Of a stretch of 64,000 nt of DNA, positions 25,676 to 39,320 are shown piece by piece. The stretch lies in the NCBI RefSeq assembly GCF_001194135.2, contig NC_068985.1:7217641-7281640 (forward strand), read 5' to 3'. The notes under the pieces are model-generated. The model searched no databases and was not told the DNA's origin. It worked only from the letters and a program-made list of their open reading frames with translations. This DNA comes from Octopus bimaculoides. Taxonomy: Eukaryota. Each line of letters starts with the position of its first letter. Within the stretch, counting starts at the first letter, position 1. The translations under genes were made by a program, and so were the position numbers.

Positions 25676-25882
25676 CATGTACTTATGTATCTGTGTTTGT
25701 TCCCCGCACCATCGCTTGACACCAATGTTGGTGTGTTTACGACCCTGTAACGTAGCAGTTCGGCAAAAGAGAACGATAGAAAAAGTACCAAGCTTACAAA
25801 GAATAAGTCCTGGGGTCGATTTGCTCGACTAAAGGTGGTACTCCAAAACGGCCGCAGTCAAATGACTGAAATAACTAGAAAA
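25645..25882 (+). mobile_element. SINE family B, 3' half, adjoining a gap
   Basis: (GT)n, then catcgcttgaca...gaataagtcctggggtcgatttgctcgactaaagg...gcagtcaaatgactgaaa. Confidence 0.88.
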
Positions 25883-27660
25883 ATAAAGTAATAATAATAA
25901 TTATTATTATTAGTATTATTTAATTTTTATTATTATTATTATTATTATTAATTTCACAAACGCATTCTATGAAAGAAAGCTAGAATATGTAAGAGTGTAC
26001 AGGGTAGCAAACCATTTTCGATTAATAAAAACGTTCTCGTTGGAAGCTAAATTTTTAGGTAATTGGTTTGTTATTGCATTGTTTAAACTTCAACTTAGCT
26101 TACTTTAACAAAAATATGCGTACATCAATTCTGCAGTTCGAAACGCAGATAACTTGTGTAATTACGTAATCAAATTTTCTTTCTTTTTCGCATTTTTATT
26201 TTGAATTTTTTTTCGATTTCTAAATAAAGTTACTTCAAGAGAGTTGATATAACTTTTGTTATCGATGCGTTTTTCATAAAATTTGGTAGTTTTGCTCCTG
26301 TGTAGTCTTTCTTTTTCTCTCTGAATTCAAGATAAATCTGTATGACTATAACTTTTTCGTATTGATTCTTTGTAAATAAATTAAATGCAAGAAAATGTCA
26401 GTTTTTGCATCTGAAATTCTATTTAGTATGACGAATAAAAAATGCGTCATAGATATTTTATCAGAGTTATTTGTTAAGACTTTAGGTAATGGCACACGAT
26501 CTAACAAAAGATAGATCACTGCATCTTTGATTGTCAGAATTCCAGTGATATTTTAACGAATATTTCAGGCGGAAATTTCTTTGTGTCTTTCTTTTTTTAC
26601 CATTATCTATAATTATATTTACCACATTTTTTCTTTTATTTAAAATAAGTCTGGACAAATTTTAAAATGAAAATACAAAACATATACTCGCCACTTATTT
26701 CGCAATGTAAAATATAAAGAACGCATGAGAGAGAATAGGAATGAAATCGAGAAAAATTCAGTACAATATGATAGTGCAGTTCTGAGCTAATCTGATATTT
26801 CTCTGCAATTCAGAACATAGATCGAATCTATTCTTTCAGCCAATAATATTGCTTTCCTTTAACAAGATCAAAGTTCTGAAGTTTTTGCATAACTCTTTAC
26901 TCAAAGAAACCTAATTATAGAATCTTGAATCAGCGACAATGTTGTAATTGCTTGAGGTCAATTGACTGGACACCTCGCATATGTTATGATGAAATAAAAA
27001 TGAAATAGAACGACAAATTCATTGATAATGCTCGGAAATCTAGCTCTGGTGCGATCTTCAGAGAATCCTTGACATAGATTTCTTATACTTTAACACTAAT
27101 GGTGCTGAATCATACAAATTATTTACAACACTTGGCCACAGAGGAAGACGTTGTCATCTGATATTGATTATAACATCCAGCTACACAGAATATCTAAGAT
27201 GATTCTGAAATAAAAACTAATATTATTCTGTTTGGTTTAAATATTCTGTCGTAATATGTTCACCCACGCACATCTGTTCAGACACAGAAAGTGTTTTAGA
27301 ATCATATTAAAGAACATATGGAAAAAGATAAAGGTAAATTTATTTATTCATATTTTGACCAGACACACGTAATAATCTGATACACAATTTCCATATGGAA
27401 TTTCATACTCTTGTTACTGAGTTTTTAATAAGATTGTTTGAAAGTGAACAATAATTTTTATTAAATCTCATTCATTTTTATAAGTAGCTATCAAAAGTTA
27501 TGATCGCATAGTATTAGACTCTAAATAATAAACATATTTTAACTTCTATAATATTTGAAACTGCATACTAAATTTTCGAAGATGTGATTTTAAATCAGGA
27601 ATTTTAAAAATAAATACTGTGTTCCAGTATAAACCATTTCTACAGTCTCTCTCAGAGTGA

Positions 27661-27779
<119 letters not shown>

Positions 27780-28499
27780 TTGTGTAAGAAAGATAGTGTT
27801 AGTGTGAGGCTGGGACAGATTACCACACCATTATAACTCTCAGTCTCTTTCCAATTACTTCCACGAAACCACCAGGTTATACTCGAGGGATCTTCGGTGG
27901 AGGGACTCATTTCTTCCTACAATAATCAGGGAAGATTTCCGATTTCCTTGCTAAGTTTCGTAACATTCTTTGATAAATTATGACACTGCTTCTAGTCAAA
28001 CAGAAGAGTATCGATCCTCTTATAATTCGATCGCTAAATCCCAGATATTGAAGAAAAGAAAAGCACTGAAACAACACCTCTTTCGCGGATTATATTTCTA
28101 AAGATTAACGGCAGCTTCATGTTCCTACGTGAGAAAAATGGACAATAAAAAAATAATAATTTACCTCAGGTAAACTGTTATTATCTTATAATTTGTTTGA
28201 TTCTTAGGAGTTTGAATCATATTTCTTGTCCTATCAGCTCTTTGCGCATTTCATATGCTTTCTATTAAATCTTTGTTGTATCTGTGAAACTTTGCAAAGT
28301 TCATTTCGTACGGTTATAAGATGGATTATAAGATCGATGATTCCTTTCAAGTGATGAGCTCATCTTTACAGGGGATAAGATTCTCTTCCTGACGATGGGT
28401 TCCTCCAAACATGAGAGGCCCCCTTTTAATAGAAGATGGGATCTCTTCTGTTGTATGCTATGAAATATGCTAAGTAAAGACGGACACAAAGTGACGTAA

Positions 28500-30185
28500 C
28501 CGTTGATTTTCGGCTCATCACTTTGCTAAACGTGAAGCTTAAGATTTTGTATAAGATGCTAGGAAACAGATAGTACATGTCATCGAAATTTTGTATGAAA
28601 AGCGAAGACGAACAAAATTCTGAACGTTATATGCAGTATATGTGGTACATCTGGAAAGAGTAACCTCAGTATTTTTCTAGCTTTGATGTATCGAAAACTT
28701 TCGATGGGGTCGACCATTGTTTATTGGCGGTTGCCAACATGGCGGCCAATTTCGCACCCGTTGGAAGTACACTATCATTTTAATATACAACAGCATTTTA
28801 TTGAGTATCACATTATCGGAACCGTTTCAAAGCATGAAGTAGATTCATCAAGTGTATTTTTCATCTCTCCTTTATGTATTGTTTTTTTGACACTACTGTA
28901 GAAATTGGAGAGTTTGACGAACATATCTCTCATCCTGAGACACACAGTTGTTATGTATGCAATGCAGATCATGTCCCCGTAATTGTATCGAACGCATCAG
29001 ATATGTACTTGGTCAGCAGAATCCTAAAAGAATGCGAGATGTTGATACGTGCAACAGCTAACCAAGACATGTCGGCGGGTTTACTGCTTGGTACCTAAAA
29101 AGGCACGTGAATACCAACAAATAACATCGTGTGACGCTCGACAAAATACCCGGTAAAGTTGTTGTTTATCTGGCTTTGGAGCCCCAAATGTATAGGAAGA
29201 AGGTCGAAGTTACGAGTTGAGGCCCTTGTCTTACCTAGAAATTAGGTGAGAGGAAGATGTCGTTCAAAGTTCAGAGATAGCGAGAGCATATGATGGCTTC
29301 ATTATATGTTACCGTCTTGTCTTGTTCCTTTTCTCACCCGACCTGAATGGATGAATAAGAGGATTCCATTGCCCAAGTGTTCAATCCACTGTCATCATCC
29401 TCTGGAGGATGGGAATGGTACGCTGTGACTTCGAATGTACTAACATGCAGTTACATGCTTCTAATGTACTAACAGACGGTGCCCAACTGACCCTACGATA
29501 CTGTGGAGTATACGTTATGGTAATTATGGTAATTACTGTGATTCTGATATTGTGAGCAGAGGCCGTCACACATTTCTTTCACAGCTGTTGTTTTAATTCA
29601 ATTGAAGACCAGGAATGGGCACCGGATATCTACAATATTTATTTTCAACACTCATAGCCCTCCATTTGCTAGGAAATACGGTCGATACTGGTGAGTAGTG
29701 ATGAAGAAGAGCGTCGAAAGATTTAGACGTCGTCGATAATCTACTGGGTAACCAATTGCGAAGATACTTGGACTCATGAAAACCCAGAAATCCCTGGCTT
29801 GACAGAACTGACTGGGTGCTGAACGGAATTGCCACTCGCAGAAAGTCTACAGGCACCTAAGTGACGTCATGCTTGCCTGCCTGAGATGATCACCGAGCGA
29901 CAAAACTCTTTTCCATGCATCTGTTCTGTAATTAAACATTACTGGTTTGAGTTTTGTTAAACAGCTGCTGTCTTGGGTACGACGGATGTGTTAGTCAGTA
30001 TTTCATTGTTAGCTATGACGAAAGTAGTTCTGAAGTGGACGAACTGAAATGACTGAAGACACACACTTTCCTTTTCAACTTAACCCTTATCGTCAGAAAG
30101 TGAGAGAGGAGATGAAAGTGCTCCCGTAGTAAATTCTTCGGAAGACAAGTAAAAGTAGCGAATGCTGTACGTGTGAGCAGACGTC
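28500..30185 (+). mobile_element. Decayed L1/Tx1-clade LINE ORF2 (RT, zf-RVT and C-terminus)
   Basis: Motifs in the expected order: DFRLITLLNVKLKILYKMLGNR (about 28505; cf. NxRPITLLNxDxKI), FDVSKTFDGVDH (about 28682; cf. LDxSKAFDRVDH), ISPLCIVF, NADHVPVIVS (cf. YADDV), and QKSLA*...KVYRH...ACLR*..SDKTLFHA (about 29785-29920; cf. zf-RVT CPRC..DET.LHA). The C-terminus reads KVREE..VL/SRSKF. There are many stops and frameshifts. Confidence 0.82.
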
Positions 30186-31044
30186 TCTGAGCACGCACTT
30201 GTAAACAGGTGAACGGGATATGAGAGAAGATACTTGCTCTTGGAGGTTAGAATAATCGGTGCTTAATAAGGTTTCTTTTGATTCCTGCTGATCAGCCATT
30301 ACTCCTACTGCGAAATTTCGTTGAGAAATTTTGTTTTTGCTGTTAGATGTTTTTGGTATAAATTTTTAATGCTTCAAATGAAACACAGCCTACAATACTT
30401 TGAATTTTGTCCTTTGTACTGTAGCTTGTGTCCCCTTGAGCACTTGTTTAATACGTGCGAATATATATATATAGTAATAGGGATTTAACGTATCAAAGAG
30501 ATCCAACATTAGGCTATTAATCTCTTCTCTAATTGCATAACTAATATGAATGGGCTTGGTATCGGTTAGAATAAACCTTAGCGTCGTTGTGAAAATCCGG
30601 GATTTACAATGGTGGAGAGAAATATATGAACAGAACAGATAAAAGAAATTATTTGAGAGAGCAGATGATTATTTCATGAGCCTCATTATCATGCTAGGTA
30701 TACAGTAGTTATTACACGAATACTAACACAAATGAAAAGCATACATATACAAGCATATATTGATAAATATATATTTGCGTGTGTATCCACATATAGAAGG
30801 ATACCAACCATATTTTCAACAACCGTATATCGTTCTGAAGATTAGACTGGTGTTTTGCATGTATGTACATTTCTATATATAGGTTCGCACGGATATATAT
30901 ATTTATTTATATATGCTTGTATATGCATATTTTATCGGTGTTAAGATTGATGTAGCAGCCATTATATATACTCAAGACTGTGAAACAGCTGTAAACGTAT
31001 GGAATAAACCTCTACTCTGACTCTCCTATATGTTGCATATATAT

Positions 31045-31624
31045 ACTGAGTACGGTGAACAAATTGTCGTCTAAATTACGCAAAAGTGAAAATAACTCTG
31101 AAATTTCATTTTAAGAGATATATTTACCAAAATTGGATAAAAAATATCTTGAAATACTAATGAGTAAATTCATTCAATAAAATCGCCATTGGATTCAACC
31201 ACGGCCTCCGGACGACTTCGGAATCTCCTGCAACTCTTCTGGACAGTCTCCTTGTTTAAGTTGGTGAATGCTGCCATAACCCTTGCATTCAGTTCATCTT
31301 TGGTGTTACAAGGAGTTTTGTTGATAATAATAATCAGTGGGGTTGCGGTCTGGGGAGTTAGGTGACCAGATGTTAGGAGTGGTATGGTTGCAGAAATTGT
31401 CTGACAGCCATGTGGCATGATGTAGAGTCCTGTTGCTAGAATAGGATCTTCCAGCAGCCATTCTCTTCACCCAGGGCAGCACTACGTCCGTCCTCCAGGC
31501 ACTTCATGTAGGCTTCTGTGCTGAGTCTGAAGCCGTGTGGGAAGATAAATAGAGGCACAACGTCGCCATCACTAGTGATCACTCCAGACCCCATGATGTT
31601 GACGAAATTGTCGATTTTTATCAC
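31045..31624 (-). mobile_element. Decayed Tc1/mariner-superfamily (maT/DD37D-like) transposase, 3' half with terminal sequence
   Basis: Minus-strand translation NIMGSGVITSDGDVVPLFIFPHGFRLSTEAYMKCLE and NKTPCNTKDELNARVMAAFTNLNKETVQKSCRRFRSRPEAVVESNG. A TA-flanked end lies near 31045. The subfamily call is inferred from similarity to maT proteins. Confidence 0.85.
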
Positions 31625-32954
31625 TCTCGGTTCATGTCCTCAGATTGCACTGTTCTCAGATTGATACCCAAACACTCTTAACTATTGTTCCGAGATCTAT
31701 TCTGCTAAAATAGTCGCACCTGTTATGGTTCCAACTGTGGGTTAATTATCATATGATATAATGTGAGGGACGAGCCCCTAATTCTTGTTAGATCTTCATT
31801 CTAAGAGAAGGTGAAGTCGTATAAAAAAAAAACTGAGACGCAGTTGCTTTCTGGTCGCCTCTGCTTTGTAATTGGTTTTATAACTGATTGCGTAGAAAAG
31901 TAGGTTCATTGCTTTGCAACGCTTTACCCACTGAAAACAATTTCACACACAGGAATATCTTGGAATCACGCAGTTATTTCATCCTACGGCAATAATCGAA
32001 GGAACTAATTATTATCTTTATGTGCTATTCAAAGAAAATAAAGCTACCATTTCTAGCAATTACAGCGACCTCATCAATGCTCCTCAGTCACCCGATATAT
32101 TTCTCTAGTGTACCACCGAGAGGATTATTGTTTAGTATTTGTTTTTTAGCATTACTTTATTTCATTAATCGTAAACGCATCTCAGATTTACATTCCGCAC
32201 TGCGTCATCTGTGTCACTAATAATAATACTGTGTTATTTCTTTTAATAACATTTACATGGTAAATTTTCTAATTTGCTATTTCCTAACAAATTACCTTCT
32301 TCCGTCAGTGTTTTGTCGCAACGCATTAAGTAGTCATATTGCTTCATAATTACATCAAACATAACGTAGACACTCGATTTCACATTGTTTCATTATCAGC
32401 GCTAATCTCGTCCTGTTAGATTTATTTTACTAAGCATCAATTTAGATATTGATACTATAAACATGATTGCCAGGATAACTTCATTTAACTAAATGGATCG
32501 TCTTCGTTATTTTCATACAACCATAGATTACTGAAAGCTTTTGAAATCAAGAATAATTCTCTAATCATTTTAGATGTAATCTCTCTAAAAGCATCATTAT
32601 TTTATTTATTAATAATGGATGAGAGTGTGTGGAGAACTGATAAGATCCTTGTGAAATTCTGTTATGGTTTAGACTCGTTCCAATTCATTTTACGTATAGC
32701 AAATGGCCTTATTCAATATTATAGCAGAAAACAAAGAATTCGGTCATCCTTATTCAGTCACGAGTCTCGTGACTCAACAGAACCACCTCGTAACTGAAAA
32801 CAGCTACCCCAGCATTTAATAGATGGATTCTATGAGTAGAGACTATACCATTAAATCGACGAATAATTTGTTAATTAACAATGTTTATTTAAGATGGTCG
32901 TGAAAACAAATCAATGTGAAATGTTTGCATTTAATTATAAAATTGTAGTATGCG

Positions 32955-32956
32955 CG

Positions 32957-33048
<92 letters not shown>

Positions 33049-33058
33049 TGTGTGTGTG
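32955..33058. repeat. (GT)n microsatellite
   Basis: Seen directly in the sequence. Confidence 0.97.
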
Positions 33059-34726
33059 TATAATGCAATAAGGACAGACATTCAGTAAAAAGACGCTTTT
33101 ATCTCTTGCTCGTATATTTCAATAACAACTAAACTAAAATTAACTATGTACTTATATTTAATTCAGATTTTCTCTTGATTTAAAGAAATTATCGTTTGAG
33201 AATAAAGTTATTTGGCTCCTTCACTTCTCTTTATCAGGTTTAATGTCTTGCGCTGTTTTAATTTAGATGAACATCGATCTGGATTATGTCAAATGTGTTC
33301 CTTCTGTAACCTTTCCATCGTTTGATATTTTTTGAGATAGTAGCGTGTTTTTAAAGGAAATTAGGCTGTCATTTCTAGCAACTCCAGCGACCACGAAGAG
33401 ATTTCTTGGTTGGCGTCTCTGGCTTTCTCATAAATTAATTATGAAGGCATCAACATAAAATGTAGAGATTGGCAGGATATGGAGTGTAACGAATAGGATG
33501 TACTTCCAGTGTTTGAAAGATATGAGTAATAGGAATTGAATTTCAAATGGAAAACGAAACATGCCTGCAGACTTGGCTTGGAATTTTCATTTTAATATTA
33601 ATTATCTTGGTTTCAACTTTAAACATTCTTATATTCCATTAAATATATATCCTATGATAAGATGATGTTTTAATATGCATTCATTCTCCACTTCACAAAG
33701 TATAAAATGTTCCATAGACATAAAATAATAATAAATTTTTTGCAAAACTTTTTCTAATTCAGCTTCACTTAAATCGATTGAAGAATCAACAAAGTTGAAA
33801 CGTATTTGACAGATGAAAAAGAAAATGTATTGTCATAAAAAGTAAAACAAAAGCGTATATAGAATGAAACAGTTAATCAAATTTCTTTTTCCTTGTGGTA
33901 AGAAATTTCAGGAAACAAACATCATCACATTCCGAACATTTTTGTTTATTTCAAGAAGAAAATAGTATTAAAAACATATTTAAACATCACATACATTGAG
34001 CCTTTATATCTACTGACTATTCTTTTAGTGTTCGTCTGGAATTTTCTAAACTGTTTTTAAATACATTCAGTGTTTGTGATTGATATATAACAGATGATGA
34101 TGATTATGGATATTATTCGTCTAAATCTAGTTTCGTAAAAATATAGAATATTAACCGAAGTCGACAGAATATTTATTGTTTGTCTTCATATGTATGTGCT
34201 TTCGTTTATTACACAATTCTTCATGTGGAAATAGATTGGGTTAATATATCACGCTAGCAACAAATGGTTTTTGGTAAAATATTTAATCAATAAAAAAGTA
34301 TATTTTAAACGCATCATTTTTCAATCTTGTCGTAGAACATTGATTGAGTGAAACGTTCATGTCGAAATATTTCTGCAGCAGATTGGAAATATTAGGTAGA
34401 TGGGTGCCATAAGAAATGTAATGGAAATTCAATCTAAACATTATGGCATCGCTTGCAATATTTAAAACCTTCCATAAAATAGGTTATTGTTATAAAAGAC
34501 AAAACGTGCAGGCTCAAGGTAACTCGAACGCTCGATGTCATATGACTGGCTGTTAAATTGATGGAGGCATTAACGTATCGGATAAAATGTGTCGCGATAT
34601 TTGTTGCTTCTCTCTATGCTCTAAGTTCAAATAGGACCGAGATCAACTTTGCATTTATACATTAGGTAGATGAGTGTCATAAGAAATGTAAGGGAAATTC
34701 AATCTAAACATAAAAAATACAATTAC

Positions 34727-34888
34727 TACGCAGGCGTGGGTGTGTGGTTAGTAGCTATTTTTTCACAACCACATGGCTCCGGGTTCAGTCCCACTGCGTG
34801 ATACCTTGGGCAAGTGTCTTCTAAAATAACATTGAGGCAACCAAAAACTTCTGAGTGGAATTGGAAAACGGAAACTGAAAGAAGCCTG

Positions 34889-34890
<2 letters not shown>
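34727..34890 (+). mobile_element. SINE family B, 5' half
   Basis: gcaggcgtgggtgtgtggttag...ggttcagtcccactgcgtg..ccttgggcaagtgtcttct...aactgaaagaagcc; it is followed by a foldback instead of the normal 3' half. Confidence 0.85.
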
Positions 34891-34946
<56 letters not shown>

Positions 34947-35994
34947 CTGTCTCTGTGTGTGTGTGTGTGTGTACACACACACACAGAGAGACAGACATAT
35001 ATATATATATATATATATGACGGGCTTCTTTCAGTTGATCAACAGCAATTGACTAACTTCACTTATTACTTTTAACACAAAATAGATTGTATCCCACTTT
35101 ACACCTGTTGCTGCTTCTAATGTTCTAAGGTATTGCCATTACTCAACGTCCTGAAGGTACACATATGCAAAATGGTATGATTTAAATTTATTAAGCTTTT
35201 CATTTTCTTCTCGACGCTCTTCTTTTCTTTTATGTATTCTTCTTCACTCTGTTGAAGCTCCATGTTCCAGTTCCATGTTCCACGTGATAATCCAAAGACA
35301 TGAGGTTTCCTTCCATTATTACACTTCAGCAAAACATGAATCTTAAGCAAAACATTACCGCCCAAACACTATTAAGTATCTATTGTCTACATACCGGATT
35401 AAATATATCCAATATTTGTATATTAAATTTTGCTTAATAGTACTTCAAAATACCATTCATAATTCTCATTATAATGTCAAGGAGCACGATTCCTAAAGGC
35501 AAACAACCAACGTCGAAAACAACAGTGCTAACTACAACTATGCGTAATAAAACAGAGAGCTCCTGAAAGAAATAATCATTTTTCGAAATTATAATCGTTG
35601 TCGCAATTGCTTCCTTCCAGAGTTTGTTTGGTAGGAGGAGAAATTTAAGTGAACGATCAGTGTCGGATCGAAGTTTCACAAGTTGCTACGCACTTCACGG
35701 CTAGTTAAGCTTATTTAGATTTCAGCAATGTAGGTTACATTTCGATCTACATCTTTCAAAATAGCACTGTTTATCCTATACGCATAATCTACTATGAATG
35801 AGAGCCATTGTTACGATCGTGTACGTTTATTGCGACAATACAATTTCTATAGGTAACACTTGTTATCGCTATAGTATCAGAAAATATCTCTACTTGTACC
35901 TACATTTCGTACAAGTATATATAAAATAGGTTGGCTGTAGTAATGCACATCAAATTTTTTGTGTTTTTATTGCATTGAGGCATTGAGCACCATG

Positions 35995-36060
<66 letters not shown>

Positions 36061-36091
36061 ACAACGTGTGTGTGTGTGTGTATGTGTGTGT

Positions 36092-36136
<45 letters not shown>

Positions 36137-36637
36137 GAACAATAAAGAACATCCAATAAATTTGTCACCTCAACAACACGGAGAATGGCGCACATGAACA
36201 AAGTTGTTTTTCAATCTAATAATATTCTTTTAAATGTTTTATTCAAGACATGATACGATTATGTTTATAGCAAAGAACATACAGTGAGGCATCCTAAAGG
36301 TGATAATCTGTAAGTAATTGAGTTAAAAAGATGAGACAGATTTCGTAATGAAATTTTGAAGAAGAAACCATTGAATGAAAAAAAGAAAATAGAATGTAAA
36401 CCTGCTAAGATATAGAAAATTAATAATGACAGCAAATATCACGATACGACTTTTCAAAAGTTTACCTTTTGAAGAACAGCATCAGAAATCATAGAATGTT
36501 TAATCAAAAATACTGAAATGGACGGAATTGTTTGTATTACAGTATTTACTTGTTGCCCTGTAGTTTGATTAAAAATGTTGCTGGTTTTCACTTTGTTTAT
36601 CATTCATCTAGATAGGATAATATAAATATCCTGTACA

Positions 36638-37057
36638 TAGGCGCAGGAGAGGCTGTATGAGAAGAAGCTTGCTTCTCAGCCACATGGTTCCGGGTTCAGT
36701 CCCACTGCGTGGTACCTTGGGCAAGTGTCTTCTATAACCTCGGGCCGACCAAAGCCTTCTGAGTGGAATCGGTAGACGGAAACTGAAAGAAGCCAGTCGT
36801 ATAAAACATATGTGTGTGTGTATGTGTGTGTGTGTGTGTGTCTGTGTGCGCATTTGTGTGTCTGTGTTGTCCCCCTCCGCCATCGCTTGACAACCGATGT
36901 TCATGCGTTAACGTTCCCGTAACCTAGCGGTTCGGTATAAAAGACCGATAGAATAAGTACTAAGCTTACAAAAATTAAGTACTGATGTCGATTTATTCGA
37001 CTAAAGGCAGTGCTCCAGCATGGCCACAGTCAAATGACTGAAACAAGTAAAAGAAAA
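36638..37057 (+). mobile_element. tRNA-derived SINE family B, full length, with internal (GT)n
   Basis: A-box-like ggctgtatga, B-box-like ggttcagtccc, CORE-like ccttgggcaagtgtcttct, microsatellite linker, and tail gtcaaatgactgaaacaagtaaaaga. Confidence 0.92.
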
Positions 37058-37973
37058 TACTTTTGCCATATCCCTTTGCATATCGGGAAATAAAAGATGT
37101 TTATATGTTTTATCTAGACTTTTTCTCATTTTTATCTCCCTAGTTTCAAAAAATCATATAGTACCAATGCATTATACAGTTTGTCACTATGTTTGAGTTA
37201 GCCTTAAATGAAGAAACAATGGATAAATGCCTGGCTTGGGTCGTGCCACTGAATTTGTTTCATTGTTATAAGAAGGCGTGCAATCGTATACCAGCACGGA
37301 GCTGGTTCCTTAAAATAAGGATGTGCAATGTATTAAAATAATTCAATCGACGCGAGTAGATGTTAGGAATATCTAATAATTTAATAGTGGCGACAGCGTT
37401 TAGTTTCAACATTCTACGTTTTCAATTCAAACTTTGTGTAATTATAATGCCGTCGGCCTTTCTGGAATTGCTGTTACAATTCAGTAACTAGATCTAATAT
37501 AGAGTGTTATAATTGCCATTATGCAGTTTTCACTTGTGCATATTTAAACTAAACCTATATTAGCGACAGAGAGAGAGAGGGGAGAAAACAGAGAGAGAGA
37601 GCTTATGTCTGATATATTTGAGTATAAAATTTAACGTTTGTACTTGTTACACAAGAGACTTTCGCGAACGCGGAAGCTCAGTACTGAAAATTCAATCTTT
37701 TAATGTATTTTCGTAATGCAAGCGTCGTTTCGAAAGTGGATTTTGTTTGGTGTCACATATTACGATGTCCGAATTTCATCGATGAACAACGCCCAAATTC
37801 GTTTTGCGATTGCCACAAATTCGAAGCTAATGAGATTTTGTGGTACATTAAGAAATGAAATAAAATTCTGTCGAAAAATATTTCTATTTTGGTGAGATGA
37901 CACTCTAATACTTCTTCCATTTGGCTCGAACATGGTAGCCCAAATTACTCGTTATGAGATGCAAATGATACAA

Positions 37974-38019
<46 letters not shown>

Positions 38020-38341
38020 CGTGAGAGAGTTAGGGGTTGGGGGTTCAACCCACTAAGGGATAGTATCTATCCAGTATACTGCTGGGAGGGTACCCAATTA
38101 TTGCTACACTAGTGCTATACTAGGTGCAATCAATGGGAGCGGGTAAAAGTGGAGGTTTTACCCAAAATTTGTATAACAATTAGAAAATGGAGGATAATAT
38201 GCTGAATCCAACTACTTGCAGACGGTGTATCCCGTTGAATTCATTAATTTAATTCATAGCAATTTGCTGTTGTTTTTCTTCTGGTCTCTGCCACACCTAT
38301 GTTTTTACCTCTTGCTCTAAATTTGTATGAAACCCTTTGTG

Positions 38342-38470
38342 AATCTCTGAAGAGGCCTAGCGGTTCGGGCATGTAACCCCATTTCAAAATGTCATCCGAT
38401 AATCACTCCGGAAAGGAATATTCGGATAGAATGGGGCTTGCTAAAACTAGGCCGAAACAGCTGTAAGATT
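38342..38470 (+). ncRNA. Type I hammerhead ribozyme motif (Penelope-associated type)
   Basis: AATCT-CTGAAGA-GGCCTAG-[86 nt]-CTAGGCC-GAAA-C-AGCT-G-TA-AGATT. The CUGANGA/GAAA/UH core is complete, with a 7-bp stem II, a 5-bp stem I and a minimal palindromic stem III. Predicted cleavage is after GUA at A38465. Confidence 0.8.
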
Positions 38471-38799
38471 AAACTTCTGTTCATCCTCCGATTCCTTATG
38501 TNNNNNNNNNNNNNNNNNNNNNNNNNNNNNNNNNNNNNNNNNNNNNNNNNNNNNNNNNNNNNNNNNNNNNNNNNNNNNNNNNNNNNNNNNNNNNNNNNNN
38601 NNNNNNNNNNNNNNNNNNNNNNNNNNNNNNNNNNNNNNNNNNNNNNNNNNNNNNNNNNNNNNNNNNNNNNNNNNNNNNNNNNNNNNNNNNNNNNNNNNNN
38701 NNNNNNNNNNNNNNNNNNNNNNNNNNNNNNNNNNNNNNNNNNNNNNNNNNNNNNNNNNNNNNNNNNNNNNNNNNNNNNNNNTATATATATATATATATA

Positions 38800-39320
38800 T
38801 ATTCAGAGTCATTTATGGGGCAGTTCGGCAATGCCTACTCCTCAGAGTAGTGAGAGGTTTTGTTCTTGGACAGAGTTTTTCTCAGGGAAATGCCGGTGTG
38901 CACTATCTGTATGTCGAGTCCTTCCCTCTGGACTGCGTGTTGTATCGCTACAGTAGTTCGGTCGTTAAAGTGCGGTAGCTTTTGAAAGCGCGTGACGGAC
39001 TTGGGTTTATGATGGTTCTTCCGGGGTTTATTGACCTTGATGTTCTTCAGGTGCCGTTGTTTAGCTAAAGATGGTGGGTAGGCATTCAGGCCTAGACCTC
39101 TCAGGAAGTGTTTGGTTGATGCGGCTTTGTCGGTCACGTTGCTGTAATTGTTATTTACACGTGGAATCTCGTTTCTCACACATGCGGCTTTGGGTCTGGT
39201 GGTTAACGGTGATTGGTAGTGTACGAAAAGTTTTCTGTTAGAGTCTTTTCTATAGAATTTGGTAAATATGGAGCCTTCCTCTGTGATCTCGTGGCGGTAA
39301 CTGTTGTGTGCTTCGCTTTT
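38800..39320 (-). mobile_element. Penelope-like element fragment (RT C-terminus and linker to GIY-YIG)
   Basis: TKFYRKDSNRKLFVHYQS..RPKAACVRNEI.R...LNAYP resembles the PLE thumb pattern (YRKxxxxxxxxHxxSxxPxxxKxxxxxxxxxR...NGYP). It continues as LPHF...ISLRKTL and LPNCPIND, the lead-in to GIY-YIG. Confidence 0.8.

Noticed and set aside
29672-29689. 18-nt micro-exon (tag|...|gtgagt)
   Set aside because: It sits inside the Tx1 remnant and has no independent support.
30012-30051. Terminal exon YDESSSEVDELK* after a good acceptor
   Set aside because: It lies within the decayed Tx1 ORF2, and another frame matches the element's C-terminal motif.
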